A DNA stretch of 64,000 bases, taken from Aphanocapsa lilacina HA4352-LM1 (lineage in GTDB: Bacteria; Cyanobacteriota; Cyanobacteriia; Gloeobacterales; Gloeobacteraceae). Positions 19,533 through 29,028 of the stretch are shown piece by piece. The position numbers and the translations under genes were made by a program. The stretch lies in the NCBI GenBank assembly GCA_019359725.1, contig JAHHGR010000017.1:633-64632 (forward strand), given 5' to 3'. The notes beneath the pieces were generated by a model that searched no databases, was not told the DNA's origin, and saw only the letters and a list, made by a program, of their open reading frames with translations. Position 1 is the first letter of the stretch. Every line of letters starts with the position of its first letter.

Positions 19533-20572
19533 GCCGGGCCAAGTACCCGGGTAAGTACCCGAGCATTGGCGCGTGCTCTGTGCGCCCAGCCTTGGCGCAC
19601 CTCGGCATTGAGACCGCTGCCCTGCCTGAAAGCTTCGCCCCAGGCGCGGGCGAGCACCGCCGGGTCGTCGGGAAGCCGGTCAAGTGCACAGCCGGGAGCC
19701 TGGATCTGGCTGAGCAGTTGAGCCACTTTCGGATCGTAGCTGAGGCCCCAGACCGGGTTACCCCCGGCGGCGGCCATCAGCACACCGTGCAGGCGCATGG
19801 CGACAGTGAGCTGCACCGAGGCGAACAGACCCATCAATCGGCGGGGATCGTCCTCGCTTACCACCAGTCCAGGTTTTTCGAGGCTTTCGGCGACGGCGCG
19901 GGCAAGGGGTTCATCCCCGGGAATCTGAAAAGGAACACACAGAACGCTTGCACCGATGTCCCGCTGCAGTTGGCCGAGTGCCGCGATGATCACCGCCTGC
20001 TGGTGCGCGCCGAGGTCCGGGTGGGGTCTGAGGACCACCGCCACGCGCGGCGGCGCGAGCGCTCCGGCCGTCGGGTTAGAAGCCGGTTCCAGTGCCCAGA
20101 CCGGATCGCAGGTCTGTTCGTGGGGAATACTCCAGGCGTCAAGTAGCTGGGCAGAAGCCGCATCGCGCACGCTCACCGCCTGACAACCCGCCAGCACTCT
20201 GCGGGTATAGTCGCGGCACCAGGGATCACGCAATGGCCCGATGCCCTGTGCCCAGGCGACGGTGCGCTTGCCGAAACTCTGGGCCAGCTGCATCAGTGAA
20301 CCGTAGTAGAGCACGCTTTTGCGGCCGGTGACATCCTGCATCAGACTGCCGCCGCCCCAGATGAACGCATCGGCGCGGGCAATGGTGCTGCTGACTGCAA
20401 ACCAGTTCCACCGATCCCGGCACTCGACGCCGTAGCGTTTTTGCATCTGCTGGGGGTTGGCCGCGAGCACTACCGGCTCGAGGTGGCCGGGCAGCATCTG
20501 CAGCAGAGCGGACAGCAGCGCTTCGTCGCCGCCGTTGCCGAAGCCGTAGTAGCCGCACAGAACGGCCCGCAT
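19529..20572 (-). CDS. csaB: Polysaccharide pyruvyl transferase
   Basis: GYYGFGNGGDEA, WGGGSLMQDVT, MRLHG, LSYDPKV. Confidence 0.9.
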   Translation of the reverse strand: MRAVLCGYYGFGNGGDEALLSALLQMLPGHLEPVVLAANPQQMQKRYGVECRDRWNWFAVSSTIARADAFIWGGGSLMQDVTGRKSVLYYGSLMQLAQSFGKRTVAWAQGIGPLRDPWCRDYTRRVLAGCQAVSVRDAASAQLLDAWSIPHEQTCDPVWALEPASNPTAGALAPPRVAVVLRPHPDLGAHQQAVIIAALGQLQRDIGASVLCVPFQIPGDEPLARAVAESLEKPGLVVSEDDPRRLMGLFASVQLTVAMRLHGVLMAAAGGNPVWGLSYDPKVAQLLSQIQAPGCALDRLPDDPAVLARAWGEAFRQGSGLNAEVRQGWAHRARANARVLTRVLGPA

Positions 20573-20573
20573 T

Positions 20574-21227
20574 CTAAAACTGCACCAGTTTGCGCCGCAC
20601 CGCCTCGATACATAGCGCCACCCGACCGTTGGTTTCGTTAGTATCCTCCAGAGCGATCCCCAGCTTTTCTTTGAGGCGCTGGACGTGGTTCTGCACCGTT
20701 TTTTTGCTGGTATAGATGCGATCGGCCACCGCCTGATCGGTGAGGGCTTCTTTGCAGATGAGGCCGAGCACCTCGACCTCCCGCTCGGTCAGCTGCAGCA
20801 GACCGCGCAGCTCGCGGGGGATCTTCAGCTCGCCGCTCAGGGCACTTTTGGCCCCTTCGAGAAACTGGGTGCGCCGGTCCATCTTGTTGACGGCGGCAAA
20901 ACCGCCCTCATGGCGACCGATCGCCTCGCCTAGGGGGGTGAGCAACAGGGGCTCACTCGAGTAGACCATGACGCACTGGTGCGGAAAGTGCTTGAAGACG
21001 TCGCGCAACAAATTGAGGCCCGGTTCGGCCGACTGCTGTCCGCTAGTCTGGCCGTAGAGCAAGTCGACCACCAACAAATCCGGCTGGAATTCTTTGAGGC
21101 GTTTGATAGCGGCGACCGGGTCGCTCAAAGTCTCACAATAGGCGTCGGCTTCGAGCTTCTGCAACCACTCGCAGTTGTGCTTGGCCACCTCGGGATGATC
21201 TTCGACAATGATGAAGCGCAAGGCCAT
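20574..21227 (-). CDS. NarL/LuxR-type DNA-binding response regulator
   Basis: IIVEDH, PDLLVVDL (phospho-Asp), VNK; C-terminal LTEREVEVL...KTVQNHVQRLKEKLG. Confidence 0.85.
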   Translation of the reverse strand: MALRFIIVEDHPEVAKHNCEWLQKLEADAYCETLSDPVAAIKRLKEFQPDLLVVDLLYGQTSGQQSAEPGLNLLRDVFKHFPHQCVMVYSSEPLLLTPLGEAIGRHEGGFAAVNKMDRRTQFLEGAKSALSGELKIPRELRGLLQLTEREVEVLGLICKEALTDQAVADRIYTSKKTVQNHVQRLKEKLGIALEDTNETNGRVALCIEAVRRKLVQF

Positions 21228-21466
21228 AGGGGTGTTGAGGGATTTTCCTCAGCGTATCACTGCGGCTTCTCCGCCGCAGCGCCTGCACGAAGGGGTAGCC
21301 TTTCGCCCCTCGAAGCCATTCTTGCCCTAGAGCACACCGACCGGCAGCGCTGGTGACGCAGACCGGCGATCTCGCCCGCAAGGCGGTTTAAACTCGGGGT
21401 GCACATCCACTGCACCCCACAGGCAGCCAAGTGAGCACCGAAATACACTCTACTTTTTACGAGCCG

Positions 21467-22372
21467 ATGTTCAAGAACCTCAGACTCGGAGCCAAGTTCG
21501 GCCTCATCCTGTTGCTCGCTTCCGCCTGCACGATCGTGGGCAGCGGCGCGATGCTCTCGTTTGTCCTGCAGCAGAACGCCGAGCGCGAAATCGCCTCGAA
21601 GGCGGGGATGCTCATGCAGACGATGCTCGCCATTCGCCAGTACACCGACTTGAACGTCGAGCCTGCCATTCTTTCAGGTCAGGTGAGCGACGAGACCGAC
21701 TTTCATCCGGAGCGCATCCCGTCTTTTTCGGCCACCACCGTCTTTGAGAACCTGCGCGGCAACGAGGAGTATCGGAGTTTTTTCTATAAAGAGGCCGCCC
21801 CCAACCCCACCAACCTGCGCGACAAGGCGGACGCTTTTGAAGAAGCCCTGGTCGGCCGCTTTCGCAGGGAGCCGGCCACCAAAGAAATCAGCGGTTTTCG
21901 CGAACAGCCGGGCGGTGAAGTGTTCTACGTCGCCCGGCCTTTAAAAGCGTCCGAGCCCAGTTGCCTGCAGTGCCACAGCACCCCGGAGGTTGCCCCCAAG
22001 AGCATGCTGAATGTCTACGGCGATCGAAACGGCTTCGGGTGGAAACTGGGCGAAATCATCGCCATCCAGCTCATCTCGGTGCCGGTCGAAGCAGTCTACG
22101 CGAGTGCGGTGCGCTCCTGGGTGCTGGTGGTGAGCATCCTAGCGGGCTTTTTTGTAATTTTTGCCGGGGTGATCACGGTGCTGCTCAGGCAAACGGTCAC
22201 CCTCCCGATTGTGCGCATGGCCCAGACCGCCGAGCAGGTGAGCACGGGCCAATCGAGCGACAACTTTCCCGAAGACGCCGCCGATGAAATCGGCATGCTC
22301 GCCAAAGCCTTCAACCGCATGAAGGCGAGTCTTGAGATCGCCTTCAAGATGCTGGGCGAGCACAGCCGTTGA
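21467..22372 (+). CDS. DUF3365 (Tll0287-like) c-type heme sensor with HAMP domain and no output domain
   Basis: TM1, YKEAAPNPTNLRDKAD, CLQCH (21962-21976), GFGWKLGE, TM2, then HAMP DEIGMLAKAFNRM and stop. Alternative GTG start at 21431. Confidence 0.85.
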   Translation: MFKNLRLGAKFGLILLLASACTIVGSGAMLSFVLQQNAEREIASKAGMLMQTMLAIRQYTDLNVEPAILSGQVSDETDFHPERIPSFSATTVFENLRGNEEYRSFFYKEAAPNPTNLRDKADAFEEALVGRFRREPATKEISGFREQPGGEVFYVARPLKASEPSCLQCHSTPEVAPKSMLNVYGDRNGFGWKLGEIIAIQLISVPVEAVYASAVRSWVLVVSILAGFFVIFAGVITVLLRQTVTLPIVRMAQTAEQVSTGQSSDNFPEDAADEIGMLAKAFNRMKASLEIAFKMLGEHSR

Positions 22373-22375
22373 AAA

Positions 22376-23749
22376 CTAAGACAAAAACCGCCGCCGGAAT
22401 TGGGCCGCTTTGGTCGGATCACCAATCTGGTCTGCCAGCCTGTCGACTAGATCCGCCTGGGTGAGGTGGCTCGATTGGGAAGCCACCTGCACCAGCCGCG
22501 CGGCAATCGGTCCTACAAAGTGCGCCAGCTCCCGCTCGCAGCGCTGCACAAAATTGGGATCGAGCACCGGAGATGGGGCAGCGCCGGGGTTGGTGGCCGG
22601 TGGCCGGGTCGGTGTGGCCCCCAGCAGATCCATCGCCTTTTGGCTAAAACTTGGCCGCTGCTTTTCGGGCAATTGCTCCGCAAGCCTTTCCACCAGATCC
22701 TGGGCGTCCTGGGCCAGCGCCTGGGCCTGGCGCACCAGAATCGGGGCGATCGGTCCAATCAGCGAGGCAAGGTGCTTCTGCAGTCGGTCGAGCTGGTTTG
22801 CGTTCAACTCCAACGGAAAAGCCAGGCGAGTCTCGTCGCGGCGCAAGGGCCGGGAAGGCTCGCCCTGGACGGCGCTGCGCAACAGTTGGCCGATTTCGCG
22901 CATGCCTGCCGGACGGGAGCGGGGATCTTTTTGCAGACAGGCGAGTACGACCCGCTCGACAGCGGGCGGTACGGCCCGGTAGGGACTGGCCTGGGCTATT
23001 GAGCGGGGGAGCCGTTCGGTATGGGCGTGATACCAGCAGTTGAAGCTCTGGTCGGCGAGGACGAACGGGTCGGTGCCGGAAAATAGCTCGTACAGAATCA
23101 TTCCGAGGCCGTAGACGTCGGACAGGACTGTCACCGCCTCTCCGCGCAACTGCTCCGGTGCCGAGTAGCGCGGTGTACCCAGATAGCCGTGGGTGAGTTG
23201 CCTCCGCTCGCCATAGACCATCGCCTCGCTGACCAGTTTGGCAATCCCAAAATCGAGAATCTTCACCCGCCAGCCCGACTGGGGGTCGCCGGAAAGATAG
23301 ATATTGCCCGGTTTGAGGTCGCGGTGGACGACTCCCAGATCGTGGGCAACCTGCAAACCTTCGCAAAGCTGCACCCCAATCGCCACCACCTGCTCGAGCG
23401 GCAAAGGCGAACCGGCCAGGTCGTCGAGGGCGTGCCCCTTGAGAAACTCCATCGTGAAGTACGGTAAATCGAGATCGTCGAGGATGCCGTAGTCGTAGAT
23501 CTGCACAATGTAGGGGCTACGCTCGCTCAGGCGGGCGCAGATGGCCGCCTCGTTGCGGAAGCGCTGGCGCAGGTCGTTGGTGTTGAGGCTCTGGGAAAGC
23601 AGCTTCACCGCCGCCGTCAGATCGTCGATCTCGACGTGAACGGCTCTGTAGACCGAACCCATCCCGCCGACGCCGATCTTCTCCACCAGGCGGTAGCGGC
23701 CGACCGTGCGGCCCAACAGAGGATCTCGCCGTCCTTGGAAGCTGGCCAC
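22376..23749 (-). CDS. Soluble Ser/Thr protein kinase with a duplicated C-terminal helical module
   Basis: IGVGGMGSVY, HRDLKPGN, DFGIAK, GTPRYSAPEQ; two copies of the LA-x-x-(I/V)GPIA module. GTG start assumed at 23749. Confidence 0.88.
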   Translation of the reverse strand: MASFQGRRDPLLGRTVGRYRLVEKIGVGGMGSVYRAVHVEIDDLTAAVKLLSQSLNTNDLRQRFRNEAAICARLSERSPYIVQIYDYGILDDLDLPYFTMEFLKGHALDDLAGSPLPLEQVVAIGVQLCEGLQVAHDLGVVHRDLKPGNIYLSGDPQSGWRVKILDFGIAKLVSEAMVYGERRQLTHGYLGTPRYSAPEQLRGEAVTVLSDVYGLGMILYELFSGTDPFVLADQSFNCWYHAHTERLPRSIAQASPYRAVPPAVERVVLACLQKDPRSRPAGMREIGQLLRSAVQGEPSRPLRRDETRLAFPLELNANQLDRLQKHLASLIGPIAPILVRQAQALAQDAQDLVERLAEQLPEKQRPSFSQKAMDLLGATPTRPPATNPGAAPSPVLDPNFVQRCERELAHFVGPIAARLVQVASQSSHLTQADLVDRLADQIGDPTKAAQFRRRFLS

Positions 23750-23867
23750 CGTCGGCAGGGAAATTTCGCTCAAACTATGACACAACTGCCAGGGTTTGTC
23801 CAACGGCGGCTTGCGGGCGCTTGCAAAGCTAAAGTACCCCGAGCGAAGCCTAAATTTGCGGTCGGGT

Positions 23868-25772
23868 CTAAGCTTCTTTGCGCAAGTCCGACACATCCCA
23901 GGCGCGCTCGACGTCGCGGGTCAGTTCGCGATCCTCCGCCTGCAGTACCCGCTCCAGTTCCTCGGCCTGCCGGCGCGAGCGGACCGCCACGAGCCTTTCT
24001 TCTTCCTCCAGTTCGGCCATCTCGTAGAGCATCTTTTCGTCGTTGGCTTTGAAGGTGCTTGCGATCCGTTGCGCCCGGTAGGAGCGCTCGCCCAACAATT
24101 TCAAAGCCCCGACGCCCATCTCCACGGCGGAGCCGAAGGTCTCGCGCTCGACTACGTCGACTTTGCGGCGAATCAATTCGTAGGCGTGGCGGCGGTCGAT
24201 CGCCCGAGCCAGGATCTTCAGGTGGGGAAAGTGCTTGCGCACCAGGTCGACCATCTCCACCGACTTTTCGCGATCGTCGATGGCGATGACCAGCAGCTTC
24301 GCCTGCTCCGCCCCGGCCGCGTGCAGCAGGTCGATGCGGGTGGCGTCGCCGTAGAAGAGCTTGAAGCCGAAGCGGCGCAGCATGTCTATCTGGCTCGGAT
24401 CGACTTCGAGGATAGTCACTTTGCAGCCGTTGGCCATCAACATGCGGCCGACAATCTGTCCGAAGCGGCCGAACCCGGCAATGATCACCGGGTTTTCGTT
24501 CTCGTCGATGGCGTCCGGTTCGCGCTCGGGCTCCGTCGAAATAAAGCGCGGCTGCACCAACCGGTCGTGCAGGATCATCAACAGCGGCGTCATCACCATC
24601 GACAGCGCCACCACCGCCACGAGCGGTTCGGCGACTTCCGGGGTGAGCACCCGGTTCTGGGTGGCAAAAGAAAAGAGCACGAAGGCAAATTCACCCCCCT
24701 GCGCCAGGGCAAAGGCGAACAAAAAACTCTGGCTCAGCTGCAAACGAAAGAACTGGCCAAGGGCCAACAGTACCGAAAACTTGACGACCGCGAGGCCGAT
24801 GACCAGACCAAGGATGAGCAGCGGCTGTTCGAAGAGCAAGTTGAAGTTGATGCTCGCCCCCACCGCGATAAAGAACAGGCCAAGCAGCAGACCCTTAAAT
24901 GGTTCGATGTCGGTTTCCAGTTCGTGGCGGTACTCGTTTTCGGCGAGCACCACCCCGGCCACAAAGGTACCGAGGGCGGGCGAGAGACCGACCGCCTGCA
25001 CCGCGAGGGCCACACCCACCACCAGCAGGAGCGCCGTGGCGGTAAAAATTTCGCGCAGGCGGGTCGAAGCGATGAAGCGAAAGACCGGCTGCATCAAAAA
25101 TCTACCCACCAGCACGATGCCGCCCAACAAAGCAATCACCAACAGCGCCTGCTGCCAGGCGGGCAGACTGGCTGTGGGGCCGGAGGCGCCCTCGGCGGCG
25201 ACCAAAATCAGATCCCCTGCGGCGGCCTGCAGGCTTACCTCGGTGGCCTTGCCGGTGGCCAGCAGCGGCAGCAGGGCCAGGATCGGGATCACGGCAATGT
25301 CTTGAAACAGCAGGACCGAAAAGGCCGACTGTCCAGCCTCGCTCTTCATTACCCCTTTTTCGTTGAGCGTCTGCAGTACAATGGCCGTCGAGGACATCGC
25401 CAGGATAAGGCCGACCGCCAGGGACATTTGCCAGGACAAGCCGACCGCCAGGGCAATCGCCCCCGCCACCAGAGCCGTCCCGATCACCTGCAGCCCGCCC
25501 ATGCCCAGGATCGGCACCCGCAAACGCCACAGCAGTGAGGGCTGCAACTCCAGACCGACCAGAAAGAGCATCATCACGACGCCGAATTCGGCGAAGTGCA
25601 TGACGTCTTCTCCCTCCTGGCCGACCAGGCCAAGGACGAACGGGCCGATAACCACCCCGGCGAGCAGGTAGCCCAACACCGAGCCGAGCCCGAGGCGCTT
25701 GGCAATCGGCACCGAGATCACGGCGGCAGCCAGATAAATGAATGCTTGAAAGAAGAAGTTTTCGTTAGCCAT
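23868..25772 (-). CDS. kefC: CPA2 family K+/H+ antiporter, glutathione-regulated KefC/KefB type
   Basis: HFAEFGVVMMLFLVGLEL, LLFQDIAV, ELETDIEPFKGLLLGLFF, RCK motif IAGFGRFG. Confidence 0.88.
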   Translation of the reverse strand: MANENFFFQAFIYLAAAVISVPIAKRLGLGSVLGYLLAGVVIGPFVLGLVGQEGEDVMHFAEFGVVMMLFLVGLELQPSLLWRLRVPILGMGGLQVIGTALVAGAIALAVGLSWQMSLAVGLILAMSSTAIVLQTLNEKGVMKSEAGQSAFSVLLFQDIAVIPILALLPLLATGKATEVSLQAAAGDLILVAAEGASGPTASLPAWQQALLVIALLGGIVLVGRFLMQPVFRFIASTRLREIFTATALLLVVGVALAVQAVGLSPALGTFVAGVVLAENEYRHELETDIEPFKGLLLGLFFIAVGASINFNLLFEQPLLILGLVIGLAVVKFSVLLALGQFFRLQLSQSFLFAFALAQGGEFAFVLFSFATQNRVLTPEVAEPLVAVVALSMVMTPLLMILHDRLVQPRFISTEPEREPDAIDENENPVIIAGFGRFGQIVGRMLMANGCKVTILEVDPSQIDMLRRFGFKLFYGDATRIDLLHAAGAEQAKLLVIAIDDREKSVEMVDLVRKHFPHLKILARAIDRRHAYELIRRKVDVVERETFGSAVEMGVGALKLLGERSYRAQRIASTFKANDEKMLYEMAELEEEERLVAVRSRRQAEELERVLQAEDRELTRDVERAWDVSDLRKEA

Positions 25773-26400
25773 GGTGGGTAGCCTCCTGGGCCGGGAGTTG
25801 CTGGGCAAGGTCGTGGTTGAAGTAGCGGCTTTGCCTGAGGCGCTCCCAGTCGACGGCATCGTCGCGCAGAGCGACGATCGCCTTGTAGTAATTTTCGATG
25901 TGGCGGGTTAGTTCCTGCTTTTCGCCCAACTGATGGGTGCTCTGGATAACGAACGGGGGCAGATACTCCATGCCGCACAGCCGGGCCGTCTGCTCGAAGG
26001 GCACCAGCAGTTCCCGGACGGTGAAGTAGTTGTGCCCCTCGCGGCTGTAGGCCTGCTCGCTGCCACCGGTGGTGATGGCGCTCAAAAACTTCTTGCCCCG
26101 CAAAGCGGTACCTTCGTGCCCATAGGCGAAGCCGTACTCCAACACCAGATCCTGCCATTCTTTGAGGATGGCCGGGCTGCTGTACCAGTAAAAAGGATGT
26201 TGGAAGACAACGATGTCATGGGTCACAAGCAGCTCCTGCTCGCGTTTGACGTTGATGTAAAAATCAGGATAGGCCTCGTACAGGTCGTGGATGGTGACCC
26301 CTGCCAATCCGGTAACGGCCTGGATCAGCCGTCGATTGACCCGTGACTTTTCTAGCGCCGGGTGGGCAAATAAAATCAAGATCCGATGGGAACGCGCCAT
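25765..26400 (-). CDS. kefG: KefF/KefG-type flavodoxin-like NAD(P)H oxidoreductase
   Basis: ILILFAHP...SRVN, FQHPFYWYSSPAILKEWQD, TTGG; 8-bp overlap with kefC. Confidence 0.85.
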   Translation of the reverse strand: MARSHRILILFAHPALEKSRVNRRLIQAVTGLAGVTIHDLYEAYPDFYINVKREQELLVTHDIVVFQHPFYWYSSPAILKEWQDLVLEYGFAYGHEGTALRGKKFLSAITTGGSEQAYSREGHNYFTVRELLVPFEQTARLCGMEYLPPFVIQSTHQLGEKQELTRHIENYYKAIVALRDDAVDWERLRQSRYFNHDLAQQLPAQEATHHG

Positions 26401-26759
26401 AGGTAGTGCCTCATAAGCCCTGGGCAACGGGCCTGAGCAAAGTCTAGCCGTTGTCCTCAGATTTTCGCCCGCAAGCTTCAATCGATTGGCACCACCAGCG
26501 GCTCGGCGCACCGTCGATGTTGTGGTGATACCCAAGTTCGAGGTGGAGCAATCGCTCGCCTATGCCCAGGGCCGCGACGGCCAAAAAAAAGCGCCAGAGG
26601 CACCCGCCGCACACCCCGAAATATAAAGTCTTGTGAGAATCATCTCATCAAAACTTCACATGTCCCTCATCGCCCTCCTGGATTCTGAAGGTGTGAGCGA
26701 TGAGTGCTCACTTCCAAAGCGCAAACGCAAACAGCCTTTCAGCACAGGAGATGACCGCC

Positions 26760-27071
26760 ATGATTCGTCCTACCGCCGTTCTCGCCGCCCTCGCCCTTGT
26801 GGCCCTGTCCGTCCCCGTCCTTGCCGTCGAAAAAGAAGTGCTCCAGGCCCAATCTGACCGCATCCCCGGCAGCATCACTTTTGCCGGCTCCTCCCCGAAA
26901 GCGGAGTTGCTTTCTGGAAACGCTGTTTCTGAAGATGCCCTAGGGTGCATCGAAAATCCGAAATTCTACCCGGCCAACGACGGCAACGGCCCCCGCGCCA
27001 CCGAAAACTACAGCGATTCCACGCCCTACGCGGCCACTGCCGCTGTCCTGGCGACCGAGGTCTGCCACTAA
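26760..27071 (+). CDS. Small secreted hypothetical protein with two Cys
   Basis: AGGAG RBS; signal peptide MIRPTAVLAALALVALSVPVLA; followed by a terminator. Confidence 0.65.
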   Translation: MIRPTAVLAALALVALSVPVLAVEKEVLQAQSDRIPGSITFAGSSPKAELLSGNAVSEDALGCIENPKFYPANDGNGPRATENYSDSTPYAATAAVLATEVCH

Positions 27072-27103
27072 TCAGGGTTAGTCCCATCCAAACCGATATC
27101 ACC

Positions 27104-27141
27104 AAAAAGGGGCGGGATGTTCGTTCATCCCGCCCCTTTTT
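27104..27141. terminator. Bidirectional Rho-independent terminator
   Basis: AAAAAGGGGCGGGATG-TTCGTT-CATCCCGCCCCTTTTT between convergent genes. Confidence 0.9.
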
Positions 27142-27148
27142 GGGCAAC

Positions 27149-28087
27149 TTACGATGGGGCGAGCGCCTCGCTGCGGGCGAAGTTGGTGAGGATCTGCTCG
27201 CGAAAGACGCGGCTGGCGCGCGATTCGTAGCGCTGGGGATGGGTCAGCAGGGTCAGGGGGCGGCGCAATACCAGCCCTTCGACGGTCAGTCGATGCAACA
27301 CACCCAATTGCAGCTCTTTTTCGATCGCTGTCGCCGAGAGGAACGCCACGCCCAATCCCGCCTGGACTGCCGCTTTGATGGCCTCGATGCTGCTCAGTTC
27401 CATCTCGATGCTGAGGCTTTCGACGTCGATGTCGAAGCGGCGCAGCACGCCGTCGAGTACGCGCCGGGTCGTCGATTCAGGATCGAGGGCGATGAACTTG
27501 AGTCCGTAGAGATCTTCGCGGCGGATCACCTCCGCGCCCGCGAGCGGGTGGAAACCCGGCACCACCAGGGCCAGTTCGTCCTCGGCGTACACTTCGACAG
27601 CGAGCCTGCCCTGCAACTCCAAGGGCACCTCGCCGCCGATGATCCCCAGATCGAAGCGGCCCTCGGCAACCCCGTAGGCGGTCCGCCGGGTGGACATTAC
27701 ATGGAGCTGCACGCCCACTTCGGGATAGCGGCGATGAAACTCGCCGATAAGCCGCGGAATCAAGTAGGTGCCGGTGGTCTGCGAGGCCCCGATCACCAGT
27801 GTGCCGCCTTTGAGGTTTTGCAAATCGGTAATCGCCCGCCGCGATTCGTCGCACAGTGCCAGGATACGGTGGGCGTAATCGAGAAAAATCCGTCCCGCTT
27901 CGGTGAGTTCCGCTTTGCGGCCGGATCGGTCGAACAGCGGCATCCCGAGGGCGGCTTCGAGGTTTTGGACCTGCAGTGAGACCGCCGGCTGGGAGATATA
28001 GAGCGATTCTGCCGCCCTTTTGAAGCTGCCGTGCTGGGCGATTGCCCGGAAGATGCGTATTTGGTCCAGGCTGAAGTTGTTCATCAA
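27149..28087 (-). CDS. rbcR: LysR transcriptional regulator, RbcR/Ycf30 type
   Basis: FSLDQIRIF...GSFKRAAESLYISQPAVSLQVQNLE; GGTLVIGASQTTGTY; STRRTAYGVA. Confidence 0.8.
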   Translation of the reverse strand: MMNNFSLDQIRIFRAIAQHGSFKRAAESLYISQPAVSLQVQNLEAALGMPLFDRSGRKAELTEAGRIFLDYAHRILALCDESRRAITDLQNLKGGTLVIGASQTTGTYLIPRLIGEFHRRYPEVGVQLHVMSTRRTAYGVAEGRFDLGIIGGEVPLELQGRLAVEVYAEDELALVVPGFHPLAGAEVIRREDLYGLKFIALDPESTTRRVLDGVLRRFDIDVESLSIEMELSSIEAIKAAVQAGLGVAFLSATAIEKELQLGVLHRLTVEGLVLRRPLTLLTHPQRYESRASRVFREQILTNFARSEALAPS

Positions 28088-28212
28088 ACAGAAATATCGG
28101 ACATCGAGCGGCAGGCGGCAGGGAGCAGCGCGAGGGATGAACCGCTGTCCAGGCCATCATTCATTGTGCAGCGAAACCGCCTCCGTCGCTACGACCGCTC
28201 CGAAATCGGGGA

Positions 28213-28992
28213 TCAGCGGCGGCGCGTGGGCAACCCCTCGGTGCGGATGATCTCTTCGAGCCGCTGCACGCGGTTGGCCGAAGCAGGATGGGTGCTCAAA
28301 AACTCGGCACTGCCGCCACCGCCCTGCAGACGCCTTAAAAAATCCGGCAGTCCGTTGGCGGGATAGCCTGCCCGGGCGAGGTTGCGCACGCCGAGGGCGT
28401 CCGCTTCGTACTCGTCGTCGCGCGAGTAGCCGCGCTGGTAGAGGCTCACACCCAGACCGACCAGCAGATTGTCGTTTTGACCCAGGGCACCGGCGATGCC
28501 CTGGGTGACGGCTGCCTGGCGCATCTGGTTGATGGCATGGCGGGCCACCAGATGACCGATTTCGTGGGCCATCACCCCGGCCAGTTCGGCGTCGCTGCGC
28601 ACGCCTTTTGCCAGACCGGCATTCACATAGACGTAGCCGCCCATGGTTGTGAAGGCGTTGATACTGCGGTCGTTCACCACAAAAAAGCGATAGGGCAGCT
28701 GCGGCCGCCCGCTGGTGCGGGCCAGTCGGCGGCCCATGTTGGTAACCCGAGCCACAAGGCGCCGGTCGTGCGAAAGGCGCACTTTGCCCTGGCGCACCAG
28801 CTGTTCGTGGATGCGCCGGCCGTAGGCGCCCTCCTGGGTATCGGAGAGGTTGTCGAGGGCAAAATACTGAAAGGCGCCGTTGAGCAGACCCTCCAGACCT
28901 TGTGCCCGGGCCGGGTTGGCAAAACCGCCGCCCATCAAAGTCGCTGCTAAAATGAACGCTATTCCTGTCTTGGCTGCTTCGGTAAACAGCAT
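28213..28992 (-). CDS. M48 family metallopeptidase
   Basis: INAFTTMGG, AHEIGH, SRDDEYEAD, FLSTHPASANRV. Confidence 0.9.
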   Translation of the reverse strand: MLFTEAAKTGIAFILAATLMGGGFANPARAQGLEGLLNGAFQYFALDNLSDTQEGAYGRRIHEQLVRQGKVRLSHDRRLVARVTNMGRRLARTSGRPQLPYRFFVVNDRSINAFTTMGGYVYVNAGLAKGVRSDAELAGVMAHEIGHLVARHAINQMRQAAVTQGIAGALGQNDNLLVGLGVSLYQRGYSRDDEYEADALGVRNLARAGYPANGLPDFLRRLQGGGGSAEFLSTHPASANRVQRLEEIIRTEGLPTRRR

Positions 28993-29028
28993 TGCTACGC
29001 CCCAAAAATAAGATTTACCCCTAGCTCA

